A stretch of DNA of 64,000 bases from a virus (lineage: Duplodnaviria > Caudoviricetes), in the IMG/VR virus record IMGVR_UViG_3300042691_021640, positions 2,758 through 66,757 of that record; one strand, written 5' to 3'. Each line of letters begins with the position of its first letter. Positions within the stretch are counted from its first letter, which is position 1. A program made the translations under genes and the position numbers. Of this stretch, positions 8,952 through 19,665 are shown one piece after another. Below the pieces are notes generated by a model. The model was not told the origin of the DNA. It ran no database searches and saw only the letters and a program-made list of their open reading frames with translations.

Positions 8952-11900
8952 TTAGTAAGTTATTACTATTGATAGTTCTAAGGCTTGAATGTGAAAATTA
9001 TATAAAGGAAATTGATTTTTGAAATTTAAATGTGCAAAAGCTAAATTTTTTGGGCTCTTAAACTTCCAAAAGTATGGGTTAGTTATTGATGTGGTTGCAG
9101 CGTAACTGTTAATATAAGTATAATAATTTGCATAAGGTACATTTTTTAAGGTGACCTTAATAATATTATCATCTCCGGGAATTATTTGAGTCTTATCTGC
9201 TTCGCTGGCAATAAAGTCTTCTCCTGCGAAGCAGTATACTTTTATAGCCTTAGCCTTATTAACGTTTCCAATTGCGAAAGAAATAGATAAAGACTCGTTT
9301 TCTAAAACGGGCACTCCAGCATAAAATAAAGTATTTATACCATTGCTCAATGAATTAGTAGTTGCTTGATTTATAGCATAAATAGTAAAGTCTTTCGGTT
9401 CTCTATTTATAAATATCTCAACAGATTTGGTGCTAACTCCGAGTTCAGAAAAATTATTTTCAGGAGTTACATTTATAGCATTAAAAGATGAATTAAGTAG
9501 TCCATCATTTAATACATTATTAAATACTGATTTAGCGCTGGCTTCTGTGTTTGAAGTTGAGGCATTTACAGGGATTAAATAAGTGTTTATATTGTCAGGA
9601 ATCATGCTCTTTATATTGCCAGTAAATGTTGAGTTGTTTAATCTAGTAATAGATATGTCAAAGAATTCTTCGCCTCCTTCACCAAAAGAACTATTGCTGA
9701 TTTTTACTTTAGAGCTAAAGACGTTAGAGGTTACTAATTCTGATTCTACTCCTTTTAATAATTGCACAGGAGCAGCAGGGTCGGCAACTAAAGCTCTTGT
9801 GAAAATCTTATTTCCGTTTAAAACGTAAGCTCTCTTGCCTGTGGGTATTTTTGGAGATATAGAAGCATTAGGTATATTATCTCTATTCTGTAAAGAGAGT
9901 TTATAATAAGCCATAGTGCCATCTGGATCTGAAGATAAAACCTTATCGTCTTTACCTCCTGCGGATAAATTAGCATTTGTAGTAGGCTTGTAAATTACGC
10001 TTTTCCTAGATATCGCATAATTAGGAGAACGTAGAGTATTAACGCTAGTTTCAAATGTGCTTTCAGTTAATATTGTTTTGTTAAATGTAAAATGAAGATA
10101 TCTTGTATCCGCATCTTTTAACACTGATTCTAATGAGAAAGACAGAGGGGTTGATGACTCTTGTTTTATAATAATTGGGTTACTAATTTGAGCATAGTTT
10201 CTGCCTTGAATACTGTCTTTATCAATAAAACTAGAATAGTAATCTAAAATATTCCTTACTGTTCCTGCGTTTGAATTAAACTGCCAAGCGAACATCAGGG
10301 AGTCTACGGCGATTAAATAAGCGTTATAAGAAGTAGAATCAAAACCTTTACCATTGTCGTCACTTAAGTCATTAAAATTAAAGATCGCTTGGTTATTTGG
10401 TATGCTTACAAAATGAGAGTCAATTATCTCTTCGCCAGTTGCGTCATTAATTGAGAGAGGTGTGCCATCAGAATTATGATTTATTGAATTAACGCCAAAC
10501 TTGAAAGTGCTATTGCTGGGTATTAATAACAAATAAAATGCATTAATAAAAGAACTCGCTGTATCTTGCTGAATAGTAAATTTTAATCTATTTGATCCTT
10601 GGCTTGTAACAATAGAGTAGGTCGCTCTTGTGTCATTTAAAATTGCATTTAGAGAAGCTTTTAAATCAGCATCTTGATTATCATAAGTTACTAATAAAAA
10701 TCCATCTGCATTCTTGAATTCGTTTGAAGTAGACTTCATGCCAGAATCCGTAAATGTTCTCTTGTCTATAGCTAAAGAAAAGTCTCTATATCTACCTAAA
10801 ACGTTTGAAGTTTTATAATTATATATATTATCGTTAGTGCTGTCTTCGTCAAACGTTAAATACTCTTCCCAGCTTGTGGAGGAATTGAGATATTTGTCAT
10901 AGCTAGTAATAAAGGACTCTTTTGTATTTACTTTCTCAGGTATTATTACTATTCTATAAGGGTAATCAAGATTATTAAACTTGTTTGGATTCTTTATAAA
11001 TTGCAGGGGTATGTTAAACAATAAAGACTCTGAAGGTTTAATTGATTGAACTTGTGATGGTATTGAAGATTGAAAATACTCTGATTTTGTTAAAGTAATT
11101 GGAGATCTAAAGCTATAGGCTTTATTATTTACAGTAATAGAAGAACTTGTATTTACATCATCATAAGTAATTGCAATAATTGGAGAAACAAATGTTTCAT
11201 TTGAATTGTTAGAACTTGAAGCTTCAACATAAGACAATGGAGAACTGTTGTTTATATTTGTGCCGTAAATTCTTATGGAACCTTTTATTTTTTCTTTATC
11301 TAGTACAGTTCTTACATAGGATTCATAAATATCAATTGGCACAAACGTAAAATCACTAGAGCTATTTGGATTAAAATCAGATCCGTAGAATGCTTTGTTA
11401 AATATTTTAAACCCTATTGTAGTTTCTTTTATAGAAGAGTCGTAGAAAATTTCGACGCTAACTTTGCTCTGATCTATTACGCCGTTAGATTCTGCAACTC
11501 CAAGAGTAAATAAGGCTCTTAAAGGAGCAGAAGCTTCTGGTACTGGCGCTTTTGCTGGAGTGATATTGAGTCCAGATTCTATTTGGGCATATTTTAAGTG
11601 ATACATTTGGGAACCCATGACAGTGTAGCTACTTCCCTCTGTAGATTCTTGAATTCTAAATATTCTATAAAAATCATAATCACTATCTGTAGAGCCATTT
11701 AAATTGCCTGAGTTTTCCAAAGCCCAAGTTATTGATTTTGGAGACATTCCAGATGCTCCAGTAAAATAAGATAATCCAGTTACATTTAATCCAGAAGCCA
11801 TTACTGGTGCTAATCCAGTGATTCTTATAGAATCGTAATATTGACCAGTTATTAAGTTGCCGCTATTAATTATAAAAGAGTTAGTCAGCGGTTGCCTGTA

Positions 11901-14900
11901 TTCGTTATAATCAATATTGCTATTTACTGCTCCTGCAAAACTGGGGTCGAGATTATACTTAGGAGATAGTATTGTTAATTTATAGCTTTGATTTCCTGAG
12001 AAATTGAAATCAAGTTTTCTATCTAACGCCAATATGCCAGTAGTCGCATTAACGCCCCCAGAGATATTAATATTATTTAACCTTCCTCCTACTGTCTTGT
12101 ATTTTCTATTGTAATCATAAACCTTAATTACGTCTCCGGGTTTTAGATATACGCACTCTGGGCCAGATTCAAAAGATACGGTCTCTGTTTCATTATACTC
12201 TGATGCCAACAACCATCTGCCAAGTCTTTGAGCTTGACCTCTGCTGGTGCATCCAAAGGCTGTTAATTCGGTTTCTTTAAATCCAAATTTTCTAACCGCT
12301 TCAATATTTTCAACGTATTCTACTGCTGGTTTATAGAAATTATTTTTATCAATATAACGAACATATACAGCAGAGTTTCTGTCTTTTAGTGAAGTAGATT
12401 CGTAATTGAAGTTTCCATCAACAACATTAGAGTTAGTAAAAGAGTAAATAGGGGTCTCTTCTGGCATGTCATTTATAGCGTAAATGAATCCATTTGAGTA
12501 ATAAAACATTCCTCTAAATACTGATGCCATGTCAGACAATACTTTGAGAGCGTCATCTTGACTTTGTATATAAAGGTTACAAGTAAATCTTGGTTCTACT
12601 CCTCCAAATCCATCTGAAACAAGTTCATCGCAATACTTGGCTATTTGATAAAGAGACCATTTGTCTACATCATTTTCTGTAACATAATTACCTACTCCAT
12701 ATCTTTTATTCGTTAAGAGATCATAGAAGCACCAAGCTGGATTATCGGTCCACTCTTTATTAGTTTTAAATTCTCCATCCCAATAATCGTTTGATGTAGA
12801 ATAAGGTAAAACTCCCGCTACATCGTAAACAACTGTTTTCCTAGAAAGACCTTCTGAGAAAAGATTTCTTGCAAAAGCTTGAGTCAAAGAAAGCCTGTCA
12901 AAATCAATTTGATTTACTCTAATAGAATCAGCAAATCCTTGTATTTTGCCGCCGAATCCAGCGCCAGATTTGTCTGTAAATATTTCTATTTGATTATTAT
13001 TTGTTATAAAGTAAGAAGGTATAAATGGACCAGTTTTTGTATTTGCTGCATTATATGTTTGCCCAGCAGCGAGAGGGATAAGGACTTTAACCTGTTCTTG
13101 AGAAGAATCAAGAGTTATTGAAGTAGAAGACCCATCGAATGTTTTATGTGCGTCTAATTTGTTATAAGCATCTAAAGCTGCTTGAGAAATGGCGCTTATT
13201 TGTACTCTTTGATTTATTTCATTTTGAAAAGTAGCGTCTGAATTGGGCCTCCATAAAGCTCCTACGCAAAGAGTTTGGTAGCTGGAGTAATTAGCGATAT
13301 TTATATTGCATTGAATTTGTTTCTCAAGATTTACTAGAACATCTATTTCTGCATTTAGTATGTCTGGAAAGTATTCTTTAGTAAGTCTTCTTTCAATAAC
13401 AGGAACAAAAGTTGAAAACTTTCCTCCTGTCTGTTGTGAGGCTGCATTAAAATTGCAGTATATATATTTATAACAAGTTTCTGGTAAGTTGTTTATTTCG
13501 CCACTATAAGAGGTGTCTTCTTTAAATGTTATAGATTTTATTAAATAAAAATCTTTTAATTCTTGAGCTAACGCTTTTTCCCCTCCATCAGTCGTAAATC
13601 TTCTAACTGTAAAATAATCGTTTATCCAAGTTCTGTCGGATATATTTATGTTATTTACTTTAGCAGCGTTTGCGTTGTATGATATGTTTGGTTTGACTAC
13701 TTTTGGTAATGCATAAAAACTAATTCTTGTAAAAGCGTCTTTGAGTCTGGTTGTTGAATACCTTGTCGAATCTAATGCTTTCGTTATGGTGTATTTTTTA
13801 CTATCATTTGAAGAAATAATTGTGAGTATTAAACTTACATTTTCTCCAGATATAGTCATAGAAAGATTAAATTGATTATCTCTATGAATTAAAGTATAGT
13901 TACCGTTTGAAATGCTTGCGCTTAGTTTAATGAAAAAGTCGGAATAGAAGCTGCAAAATCCTTGATCTTTTAAAGAAAAATTAGATGGAACGTTCGAGTT
14001 TTTCCAATATCTTTGAGGTATTAAATCGAATTGATAGTAATCAGACGAAGCTAAGTTGCCTCCTGCGTAAGTATAGGCTTTTGTTGATTGACCATTAGCG
14101 CAAAGAGTTTTTAATGGCATTTTTAAATAAGTGCTTGCGCCTACATTAAGAACATTGATATTATAAGACCCACTTGTAGTCGTAGTGCTTATACTGTTTC
14201 TGGTTACGTTCCACTTGTTATTTAACCAGTTTCTTATCTTTATGCCGTCTGATTTAGACAAGGCTTTGTTGAAAACTAATATTTCAAATACGGTACATCT
14301 ACTAGTGGCTCCTGCTGAATTGATAGCTAATCCTTTTGGGGCGGCTACTGCAAAAACTGGTTTTGCGTAATAATTAGTGTTTTGCCAAAAAATATTTATA
14401 TCTTTTAGATTGTTTACGCTTGTTCCTGCTATGTAAGTATTTGCGTCATTAGAAGTGTCCCAGTAATTAGATCGATTGAATTGATAAAAATTAAGGGGCA
14501 TTACGCCATAGACTTGCGCTCCTATAACAAATGTGCTATTAAATTTAGCATCGAAACCTAAAACAAAAGAAGAAGGTGTGGTAGATGATGAAATTATCTT
14601 GTTTCTTTCTGCGCTTGTTGCGCTATCATGCCATTTGCATACTGTAAAAATAGTATAATTGTTATTAGCGTCAGAAAATGAGGCGGTTTCGGTTTGATAA
14701 ACGAATCTTACTTTTTGACTTGTCGTAAATGAAACTCCATAATTTCCATTGGGGCTTTGCTCTGAGTGGCTTGATCCATATGTTGGTCTAGCTGTAGTTC
14801 CAGCAGGAGATGCGTAAGTTCCATCTCCTAAGATACATTTTATAGTTGATCCAGCTACAGTATTGGGCCAACTAGTTACGGCTCCTGTTGAAGTGGTTAA

Positions 14901-16310
14901 GGAAGGATTACTCGCATCAAACTGAGCAATTAACCCATCTGTAATCGGAGGATTAACATTGTCAGAATTTGCATAAGAATTATTTTCTCCAATAAAGAAA
15001 TCTGTTGTTATTACTTTATCGGTTTTCTTAAATGAATTGCTTTCTGTAATTGAAAGAGGCGTAGTATTGCCGTAAGTCTTCGTTACTGGGTCATAATTAG
15101 CAGGAACTTTAACCTTTAGTAGCTTAACATCGTATGATCTTTCTGGTATTTTTGAGAAGTATGCGGCATTAAATTTAGAGGTTACGATTGCAGAATTAGT
15201 GTACCTGAATGAAGAAGAATAAATTTCAGTAATACTTTCTAAACTTATAAAAGAAACTCTTGAAGAATAAGTATCTTCTGGGCTAATTTTTAATACTGAA
15301 ATATCCCAACCTAACCAATTTTCATTTTCATTTAATGAAAGGAATTTAGAAGAAGTATCAAAGACAACTTGTTTAGCGTAGCCTTGAGTGACTTTTCCTT
15401 TTGATTCTATTTCGAATACTTGAGGAAACGAATCTACGTTAACTACTAGATCTTTTGCGTCATTAACTACTTTAACTTTATCTGAAGTCAAAGGAATAGT
15501 TGCAGAATTACCGTTGTAGCCTTCTTTATAAATTGGAGATATCCTAATTCTAATTTTAAAATTATGGCGTATTACAGAGCCTACTCCTGCATCTAGCGTC
15601 TTTCCATCGGCGAGTTCAACTTCTCTGGTTGAGGGGTCTAATGTAAAATTGCCATTAGCTTTATTTGCCGCAGTAACTCCTTCTATTTTTAATCCTTTTT
15701 CTACGGCTTCTAGGTCTTGATATTTCAAAGCAACATAAAGAGAAGAAACTCTAAAAATAAGAGACATCTTTTTGCACTCTCTATTAAGAATGCGATAGGT
15801 CTTTTGATAATCAAGAACATCGTCTTCAGTAGTAGCTAGTTGATTTGGTCCTCTTAATCTTTCTCCTATTGAACGAATATAAGAAACGTTGTCAAACTCT
15901 CCTCCTGATGAAGTGCCTACTGGAGTTCCATTTGTTACTTGGATATTTATTTGTTGGAAATTGTATTTATCTTGGCTATCTAAAAGGGGTGTTTGATTCC
16001 ACTGCACTGATCTTAAATACTTTGATTCGCCGTCGCTTCCTACCACTGATGGGTATTCATTATAAGTAACTTTTTTAAAACCTAGGTCTCCAACTTGGCC
16101 TGAAAAAAGATATTGTCCTTCAAGTAAACCTCCAATTGGTCCTTCTGACAAAAGATCTTTTACTTTGGCAAATTGATATACATTATAAGCAAGGCCATCG
16201 TAAACAAATCCCTCAACATCTTCATATGCAGCAGTTGGTGATGGGGCTTGACTTGCTGCGCCTCCGCCGCCAAAGCCTTTTATGTATTTGAAATCTTCAA
16301 AGTTATTCAT
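8952..16310 (-). CDS. Tail tip / host-specificity protein J (lambda gpJ-like, 2452 aa) with a large internal insertion
   Basis: Diagnostic WTDNPAWCFYDLLTNKRYGVG...DKWSLYQIAKYCDELVSDGFGGVEPRFTCN, AFGCTSRGQAQRLGRW, LKPGDVIKVYD, KDLLSEGPI.GL. Confidence 0.93.
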   Translation of the reverse strand: MNNFEDFKYIKGFGGGGAASQAPSPTAAYEDVEGFVYDGLAYNVYQFAKVKDLLSEGPIGGLLEGQYLFSGQVGDLGFKKVTYNEYPSVVGSDGESKYLRSVQWNQTPLLDSQDKYNFQQINIQVTNGTPVGTSSGGEFDNVSYIRSIGERLRGPNQLATTEDDVLDYQKTYRILNRECKKMSLIFRVSSLYVALKYQDLEAVEKGLKIEGVTAANKANGNFTLDPSTREVELADGKTLDAGVGSVIRHNFKIRIRISPIYKEGYNGNSATIPLTSDKVKVVNDAKDLVVNVDSFPQVFEIESKGKVTQGYAKQVVFDTSSKFLSLNENENWLGWDISVLKISPEDTYSSRVSFISLESITEIYSSSFRYTNSAIVTSKFNAAYFSKIPERSYDVKLLKVKVPANYDPVTKTYGNTTPLSITESNSFKKTDKVITTDFFIGENNSYANSDNVNPPITDGLIAQFDASNPSLTTSTGAVTSWPNTVAGSTIKCILGDGTYASPAGTTARPTYGSSHSEQSPNGNYGVSFTTSQKVRFVYQTETASFSDANNNYTIFTVCKWHDSATSAERNKIISSSTTPSSFVLGFDAKFNSTFVIGAQVYGVMPLNFYQFNRSNYWDTSNDANTYIAGTSVNNLKDINIFWQNTNYYAKPVFAVAAPKGLAINSAGATSRCTVFEILVFNKALSKSDGIKIRNWLNNKWNVTRNSISTTTTSGSYNINVLNVGASTYLKMPLKTLCANGQSTKAYTYAGGNLASSDYYQFDLIPQRYWKNSNVPSNFSLKDQGFCSFYSDFFIKLSASISNGNYTLIHRDNQFNLSMTISGENVSLILTIISSNDSKKYTITKALDSTRYSTTRLKDAFTRISFYALPKVVKPNISYNANAAKVNNINISDRTWINDYFTVRRFTTDGGEKALAQELKDFYLIKSITFKEDTSYSGEINNLPETCYKYIYCNFNAASQQTGGKFSTFVPVIERRLTKEYFPDILNAEIDVLVNLEKQIQCNINIANYSSYQTLCVGALWRPNSDATFQNEINQRVQISAISQAALDAYNKLDAHKTFDGSSTSITLDSSQEQVKVLIPLAAGQTYNAANTKTGPFIPSYFITNNNQIEIFTDKSGAGFGGKIQGFADSIRVNQIDFDRLSLTQAFARNLFSEGLSRKTVVYDVAGVLPYSTSNDYWDGEFKTNKEWTDNPAWCFYDLLTNKRYGVGNYVTENDVDKWSLYQIAKYCDELVSDGFGGVEPRFTCNLYIQSQDDALKVLSDMASVFRGMFYYSNGFIYAINDMPEETPIYSFTNSNVVDGNFNYESTSLKDRNSAVYVRYIDKNNFYKPAVEYVENIEAVRKFGFKETELTAFGCTSRGQAQRLGRWLLASEYNETETVSFESGPECVYLKPGDVIKVYDYNRKYKTVGGRLNNINISGGVNATTGILALDRKLDFNFSGNQSYKLTILSPKYNLDPSFAGAVNSNIDYNEYRQPLTNSFIINSGNLITGQYYDSIRITGLAPVMASGLNVTGLSYFTGASGMSPKSITWALENSGNLNGSTDSDYDFYRIFRIQESTEGSSYTVMGSQMYHLKYAQIESGLNITPAKAPVPEASAPLRALFTLGVAESNGVIDQSKVSVEIFYDSSIKETTIGFKIFNKAFYGSDFNPNSSSDFTFVPIDIYESYVRTVLDKEKIKGSIRIYGTNINNSSPLSYVEASSSNNSNETFVSPIIAITYDDVNTSSSITVNNKAYSFRSPITLTKSEYFQSSIPSQVQSIKPSESLLFNIPLQFIKNPNKFNNLDYPYRIVIIPEKVNTKESFITSYDKYLNSSTSWEEYLTFDEDSTNDNIYNYKTSNVLGRYRDFSLAIDKRTFTDSGMKSTSNEFKNADGFLLVTYDNQDADLKASLNAILNDTRATYSIVTSQGSNRLKFTIQQDTASSFINAFYLLLIPSNSTFKFGVNSINHNSDGTPLSINDATGEEIIDSHFVSIPNNQAIFNFNDLSDDNGKGFDSTSYNAYLIAVDSLMFAWQFNSNAGTVRNILDYYSSFIDKDSIQGRNYAQISNPIIIKQESSTPLSFSLESVLKDADTRYLHFTFNKTILTESTFETSVNTLRSPNYAISRKSVIYKPTTNANLSAGGKDDKVLSSDPDGTMAYYKLSLQNRDNIPNASISPKIPTGKRAYVLNGNKIFTRALVADPAAPVQLLKGVESELVTSNVFSSKVKISNSSFGEGGEEFFDISITRLNNSTFTGNIKSMIPDNINTYLIPVNASTSNTEASAKSVFNNVLNDGLLNSSFNAINVTPENNFSELGVSTKSVEIFINREPKDFTIYAINQATTNSLSNGINTLFYAGVPVLENESLSISFAIGNVNKAKAIKVYCFAGEDFIASEADKTQIIPGDDNIIKVTLKNVPYANYYTYINSYAATTSITNPYFWKFKSPKNLAFAHLNFKNQFPLYNFHIQALELSIVITY

Positions 16311-16311
16311 T

Positions 16312-17049
16312 TTATATATTATTAATTTGATCTTTTACGTCTACTGCCGTTGATTTAGTGCCGAGTTCAACATTATTAACAGATACTTCAACTGTTTGAG
16401 ATCCTATTTTCATCTTGCCGTAACCAATTGGTACAGGACCACCTTCTCCAAGAATGTTAGAAGGTCCGTCAAATAAGTAGTTTGGTTTGCTGCCATCTTC
16501 TTGAATCTTTCTAAAATCATCAAATTTTGGAGGAGACATCATTAATAGCGTGATTCCTGTTACGGCTAATCCGATACCTGCGCCGATTAGTGCGCCAGAC
16601 AAAATGGTTGCTCCCATTCCTCCTTGGGCTCCTGCCATGCCAAGAAATGTAACTCCCCCTGCTGCTCCTATACCTGAAGCAATTAATATAACTCCAAGAA
16701 CTAAAGCTAATACTCCTTTTGTCGTACTATTGCCGCCGCCTCCAGCGCCTCTAATAATTGGAACTATGTCTAGAGTTTCCAGCTTTTCATTTATCATTAC
16801 TAATTCAGAATTAAGAATGGACTCTGGTTTTTCTAGAGAAATACTTTCTGGATTCATTATTTCTCTTTTATTAACGATCACCTTGTACTCTACGCTTTTT
16901 TCTGCTGCCCCAATTAGATATTTCAATAACTTTCCCTTAGACAAAACCTGAATAGCTCGCAACGCTTCCTTTATGGAATTTACTTTTAATTTCCAATTTT
17001 CTCTTCCTACTTGCTCCGCTATTTCTCCGTGTAAGGTAATGTTAGTCAT
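16312..17049 (-). CDS. Tail assembly protein I (lambda gpI-like)
   Basis: N-terminal ubiquitin-like ITLHGEIAEQVG...SIKEALRAI, hydrophobic Gly-rich middle, NYLFDGPSN...GGPVPIGYG; sits between K and J. Confidence 0.88.
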   Translation of the reverse strand: MTNITLHGEIAEQVGRENWKLKVNSIKEALRAIQVLSKGKLLKYLIGAAEKSVEYKVIVNKREIMNPESISLEKPESILNSELVMINEKLETLDIVPIIRGAGGGGNSTTKGVLALVLGVILIASGIGAAGGVTFLGMAGAQGGMGATILSGALIGAGIGLAVTGITLLMMSPPKFDDFRKIQEDGSKPNYLFDGPSNILGEGGPVPIGYGKMKIGSQTVEVSVNNVELGTKSTAVDVKDQINNI

Positions 17050-17788
17050 AAAGGTTATGCCTCATTATATAAATTACCCATTTTTTGTGTTGGTTAGAAA
17101 GCTTTTCGATAAGAGAGATCTTATTTCCGGGGTGATGCAAAATCATATCTCCTCCAAGATAAATAGCGCAATGGATTGGGAAATCGAACCTTTTGGTCCT
17201 CATTATCAAGACATCGTTCTTTTTAAAATTAGAAACTTGTCTAAATCCATTATGTTCAAAGTACCTCTTTAAATAGTCGTCTTTTCCTTTTAAAGCTCCT
17301 TCTTCGTCTAGAAGTCTTTTACTTGCTGTCTCGTTATAGTCTTCTTCGGAAACATTATTTTTAAGAACTTCTAATTCTGGACAGAGATGAAGATTTAAAT
17401 CGTGTGCATAGTAGTCTTTTACTAGCCATAAACAGTCTGCAAAACCTAAAAGAAAAGGTCTTCCTTCGTATTGAATCTTATAACTATTGGGGGAATAGAC
17501 ATGAAAAGATCCGCTTTGCTTATTGTAAACAACACATGATAATCCTAATCTTTCAGACACAATTATATCTGCATCTGAAATATTATCAAAATCAATATGA
17601 GAATGATAGTAGCCAGCAACGTTAGACTGCCCATCAACATCCATCATGAACTCAGTGGCAGAGTTGATTAGATTTTGTTTCTTTTGGATCTCTATTCCAT
17701 TGTCTGTATATAATAGAAAACCACATACTTCGTTATTAGAAGTATTAGCATGTTCAATGATCTGATTTTTAAGTTCCTCTGTTAGCAT
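17042..17788 (-). CDS. Tail tip protein K-like, copy 2 (JAB/MPN + NlpC/P60)
   Basis: EVCG...YHSH.....SDAD JAB motif; GFADCLWLVKDYY and HCAIYLG...ILHH NlpC/P60 motifs. Confidence 0.88.
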   Translation of the reverse strand: MLTEELKNQIIEHANTSNNEVCGFLLYTDNGIEIQKKQNLINSATEFMMDVDGQSNVAGYYHSHIDFDNISDADIIVSERLGLSCVVYNKQSGSFHVYSPNSYKIQYEGRPFLLGFADCLWLVKDYYAHDLNLHLCPELEVLKNNVSEEDYNETASKRLLDEEGALKGKDDYLKRYFEHNGFRQVSNFKKNDVLIMRTKRFDFPIHCAIYLGGDMILHHPGNKISLIEKLSNQHKKWVIYIMRHNLYD

Positions 17789-18540
17789 AGCTCTTTATTT
17801 CTTGCAAAGCAGTATATTCTTCTTTTTTCTGCGTCTGTTAGTTTTTCAATTACTGATTTTTTATTTCTTGGTTGGTGCAAAATGTAGTTTTGTCCAAGAT
17901 AGATTCCGAAGTGAGAAGGGTAATTGTCGAAGTATTTAAATACTATTATATCGTGCTTCTTAGCGTTTTCTATGTCTTCAATTTTAATAAAGTTTTCTTT
18001 TTCGAAGAACTTGTCGAAATTTTGTGAGTCGCAAAACTCTGCAAGTTTGTGCTTTACGAAGTCTTCGTAGTTCTTGTCCCAATCTGCTCCTCTTTCGTAG
18101 TGAAAAATTTTAATGCCAAATTCTTGATTATAGTAATTCTCCACTATTGATAAACAATCAGATTCACCAATTACAAAATCTTTATCAATGTATTTATTAT
18201 AGTAATTTTCTGGAGAGTACTCTTCGAAAGAGTCTCTTTTAAGTATGTAAACTATATTTTTTAGGTTAAGTTTGTGACTTATCTGCTTGTCTAGCTCCGA
18301 AAAAGAATTGTCTTGTATGCAGTGCGAATGATAAATGCCAATTATTCTGCCGTGCATTGTCGCTTTTAGATAATCCATTTGACAAACGATAAACTCGTTT
18401 TCTTTGTCTTGAGCAGCGTTTCTGCATGAGAAAGCTTCTAGTTCATTTTTACTGTTTAAAAGTAAAACACCGCAGCATTCTTCAGGATTTTCCTTTAATG
18501 CGTGTGCTTTTATTTTTGCTTTTATTTCGTCCGAAACCAT
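17782..18540 (-). CDS. Tail tip protein K-like, copy 1 (JAB/MPN + NlpC/P60)
   Basis: PEECCG...IYHSHC....FSELD; GESDCLSIVENYY; HFGIYLG..YILHQP. Confidence 0.88.
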   Translation of the reverse strand: MVSDEIKAKIKAHALKENPEECCGVLLLNSKNELEAFSCRNAAQDKENEFIVCQMDYLKATMHGRIIGIYHSHCIQDNSFSELDKQISHKLNLKNIVYILKRDSFEEYSPENYYNKYIDKDFVIGESDCLSIVENYYNQEFGIKIFHYERGADWDKNYEDFVKHKLAEFCDSQNFDKFFEKENFIKIEDIENAKKHDIIVFKYFDNYPSHFGIYLGQNYILHQPRNKKSVIEKLTDAEKRRIYCFARNKELC

Positions 18541-19661
18541 TACAATGCTCCTCTATTATAATTAGATACTCCATAGAAGCCACCAAAAGGTAAAGCATTT
18601 TCTCCAAATCTTATTTTACAGCCTTTTACGCTTTTAGAACATTGATCAGCTATCCAATACTGCCCGTTTGGAGGAGGCGTGTCCATAGGAACATTTGTTT
18701 TAGCTACAAAGTAAAAATTAATATTTTTCTTATTAATGAAAACTACGTCTCCTTTGTTATAAGGCGTTGATAGTTTCCAAGATTCTATCTTGTTGGTTCC
18801 TACGGTCGTGCCAGAAAAGATTGGCATTTTTGAAATTATTTGATCATCTTCTGTGGCGCAAACAGGAGCTTTTGCTCCGCTAGAATCGCTTTTATTTGGT
18901 ATTGGAGTTATAGTGCCATGAATATCTTCGCTTAATTTTTCTTGATATTCATAAAGGCATCCTTCTCCTCTATACTGCCAAGGACAAATATAGCTTAGGA
19001 CTCTTCTCTTGGGAAGTTTAGCTCTGTCTAGATCTATTGCGCTTGATAATTCAAACTGAATACTATTCTTATTTTCAGAAGATTTTCTATCAAAATAATA
19101 AATATCTCTGGGAAATTCGCAGTTAGGATCAGGATCAAACCCTTCTGGTATAACCAATTTATCAGGAGACAGAGCAGACACTCCATCAGCTTGATAAAAA
19201 TTATTCCTATCAAGGAATTTGGCAAAAGTCCTAATTCTAGTGAACTTAGCGCCAATCAAATCTCCAAAATTAACTGTTCCTCTAAAGAGGCTAAACACAT
19301 CAAGCATGTCATCAGAAAAGCTTATTTGAACTTTGGGTTTTGGAAATACGCCTCTTGAAGCTAATTCAAATCCTTCTGTAGCAAGCGGGGCGGGTAGATA
19401 AGCATTTCCTTTCCAATAAATAATGTTCCTTCCAAGCTTTAGATTGTTATGGAGACGTATTATTTTATAATTAAAAACTCCATCATCTTCTCCCGGCAGT
19501 ATTATTTGAAAATTCTTAAGATTAACGACGAATTGGGGGTCTGTGTCAAAACCAATTTCAGTTAAATCAACTTCAAATAAAGAAATAATAGAAGAAGGTT
19601 CAAGCGAAAAGAACTCTTTATTTACTTTTAAAGCTGCATCTTTTTGTTGTTGAGTAGCCAT
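18540..19661 (-). CDS. Minor tail protein L (lambda gpL-like, Fe-S cysteines)
   Basis: IISLFEVDL, FTRIRTFAKFLD, ICPWQYRGEGCLY, DQCSKSVKGCKIRFG...PFGGF. Confidence 0.92.
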   Translation of the reverse strand: MATQQQKDAALKVNKEFFSLEPSSIISLFEVDLTEIGFDTDPQFVVNLKNFQIILPGEDDGVFNYKIIRLHNNLKLGRNIIYWKGNAYLPAPLATEGFELASRGVFPKPKVQISFSDDMLDVFSLFRGTVNFGDLIGAKFTRIRTFAKFLDRNNFYQADGVSALSPDKLVIPEGFDPDPNCEFPRDIYYFDRKSSENKNSIQFELSSAIDLDRAKLPKRRVLSYICPWQYRGEGCLYEYQEKLSEDIHGTITPIPNKSDSSGAKAPVCATEDDQIISKMPIFSGTTVGTNKIESWKLSTPYNKGDVVFINKKNINFYFVAKTNVPMDTPPPNGQYWIADQCSKSVKGCKIRFGENALPFGGFYGVSNYNRGAL

Positions 19662-19665
19662 AGTA

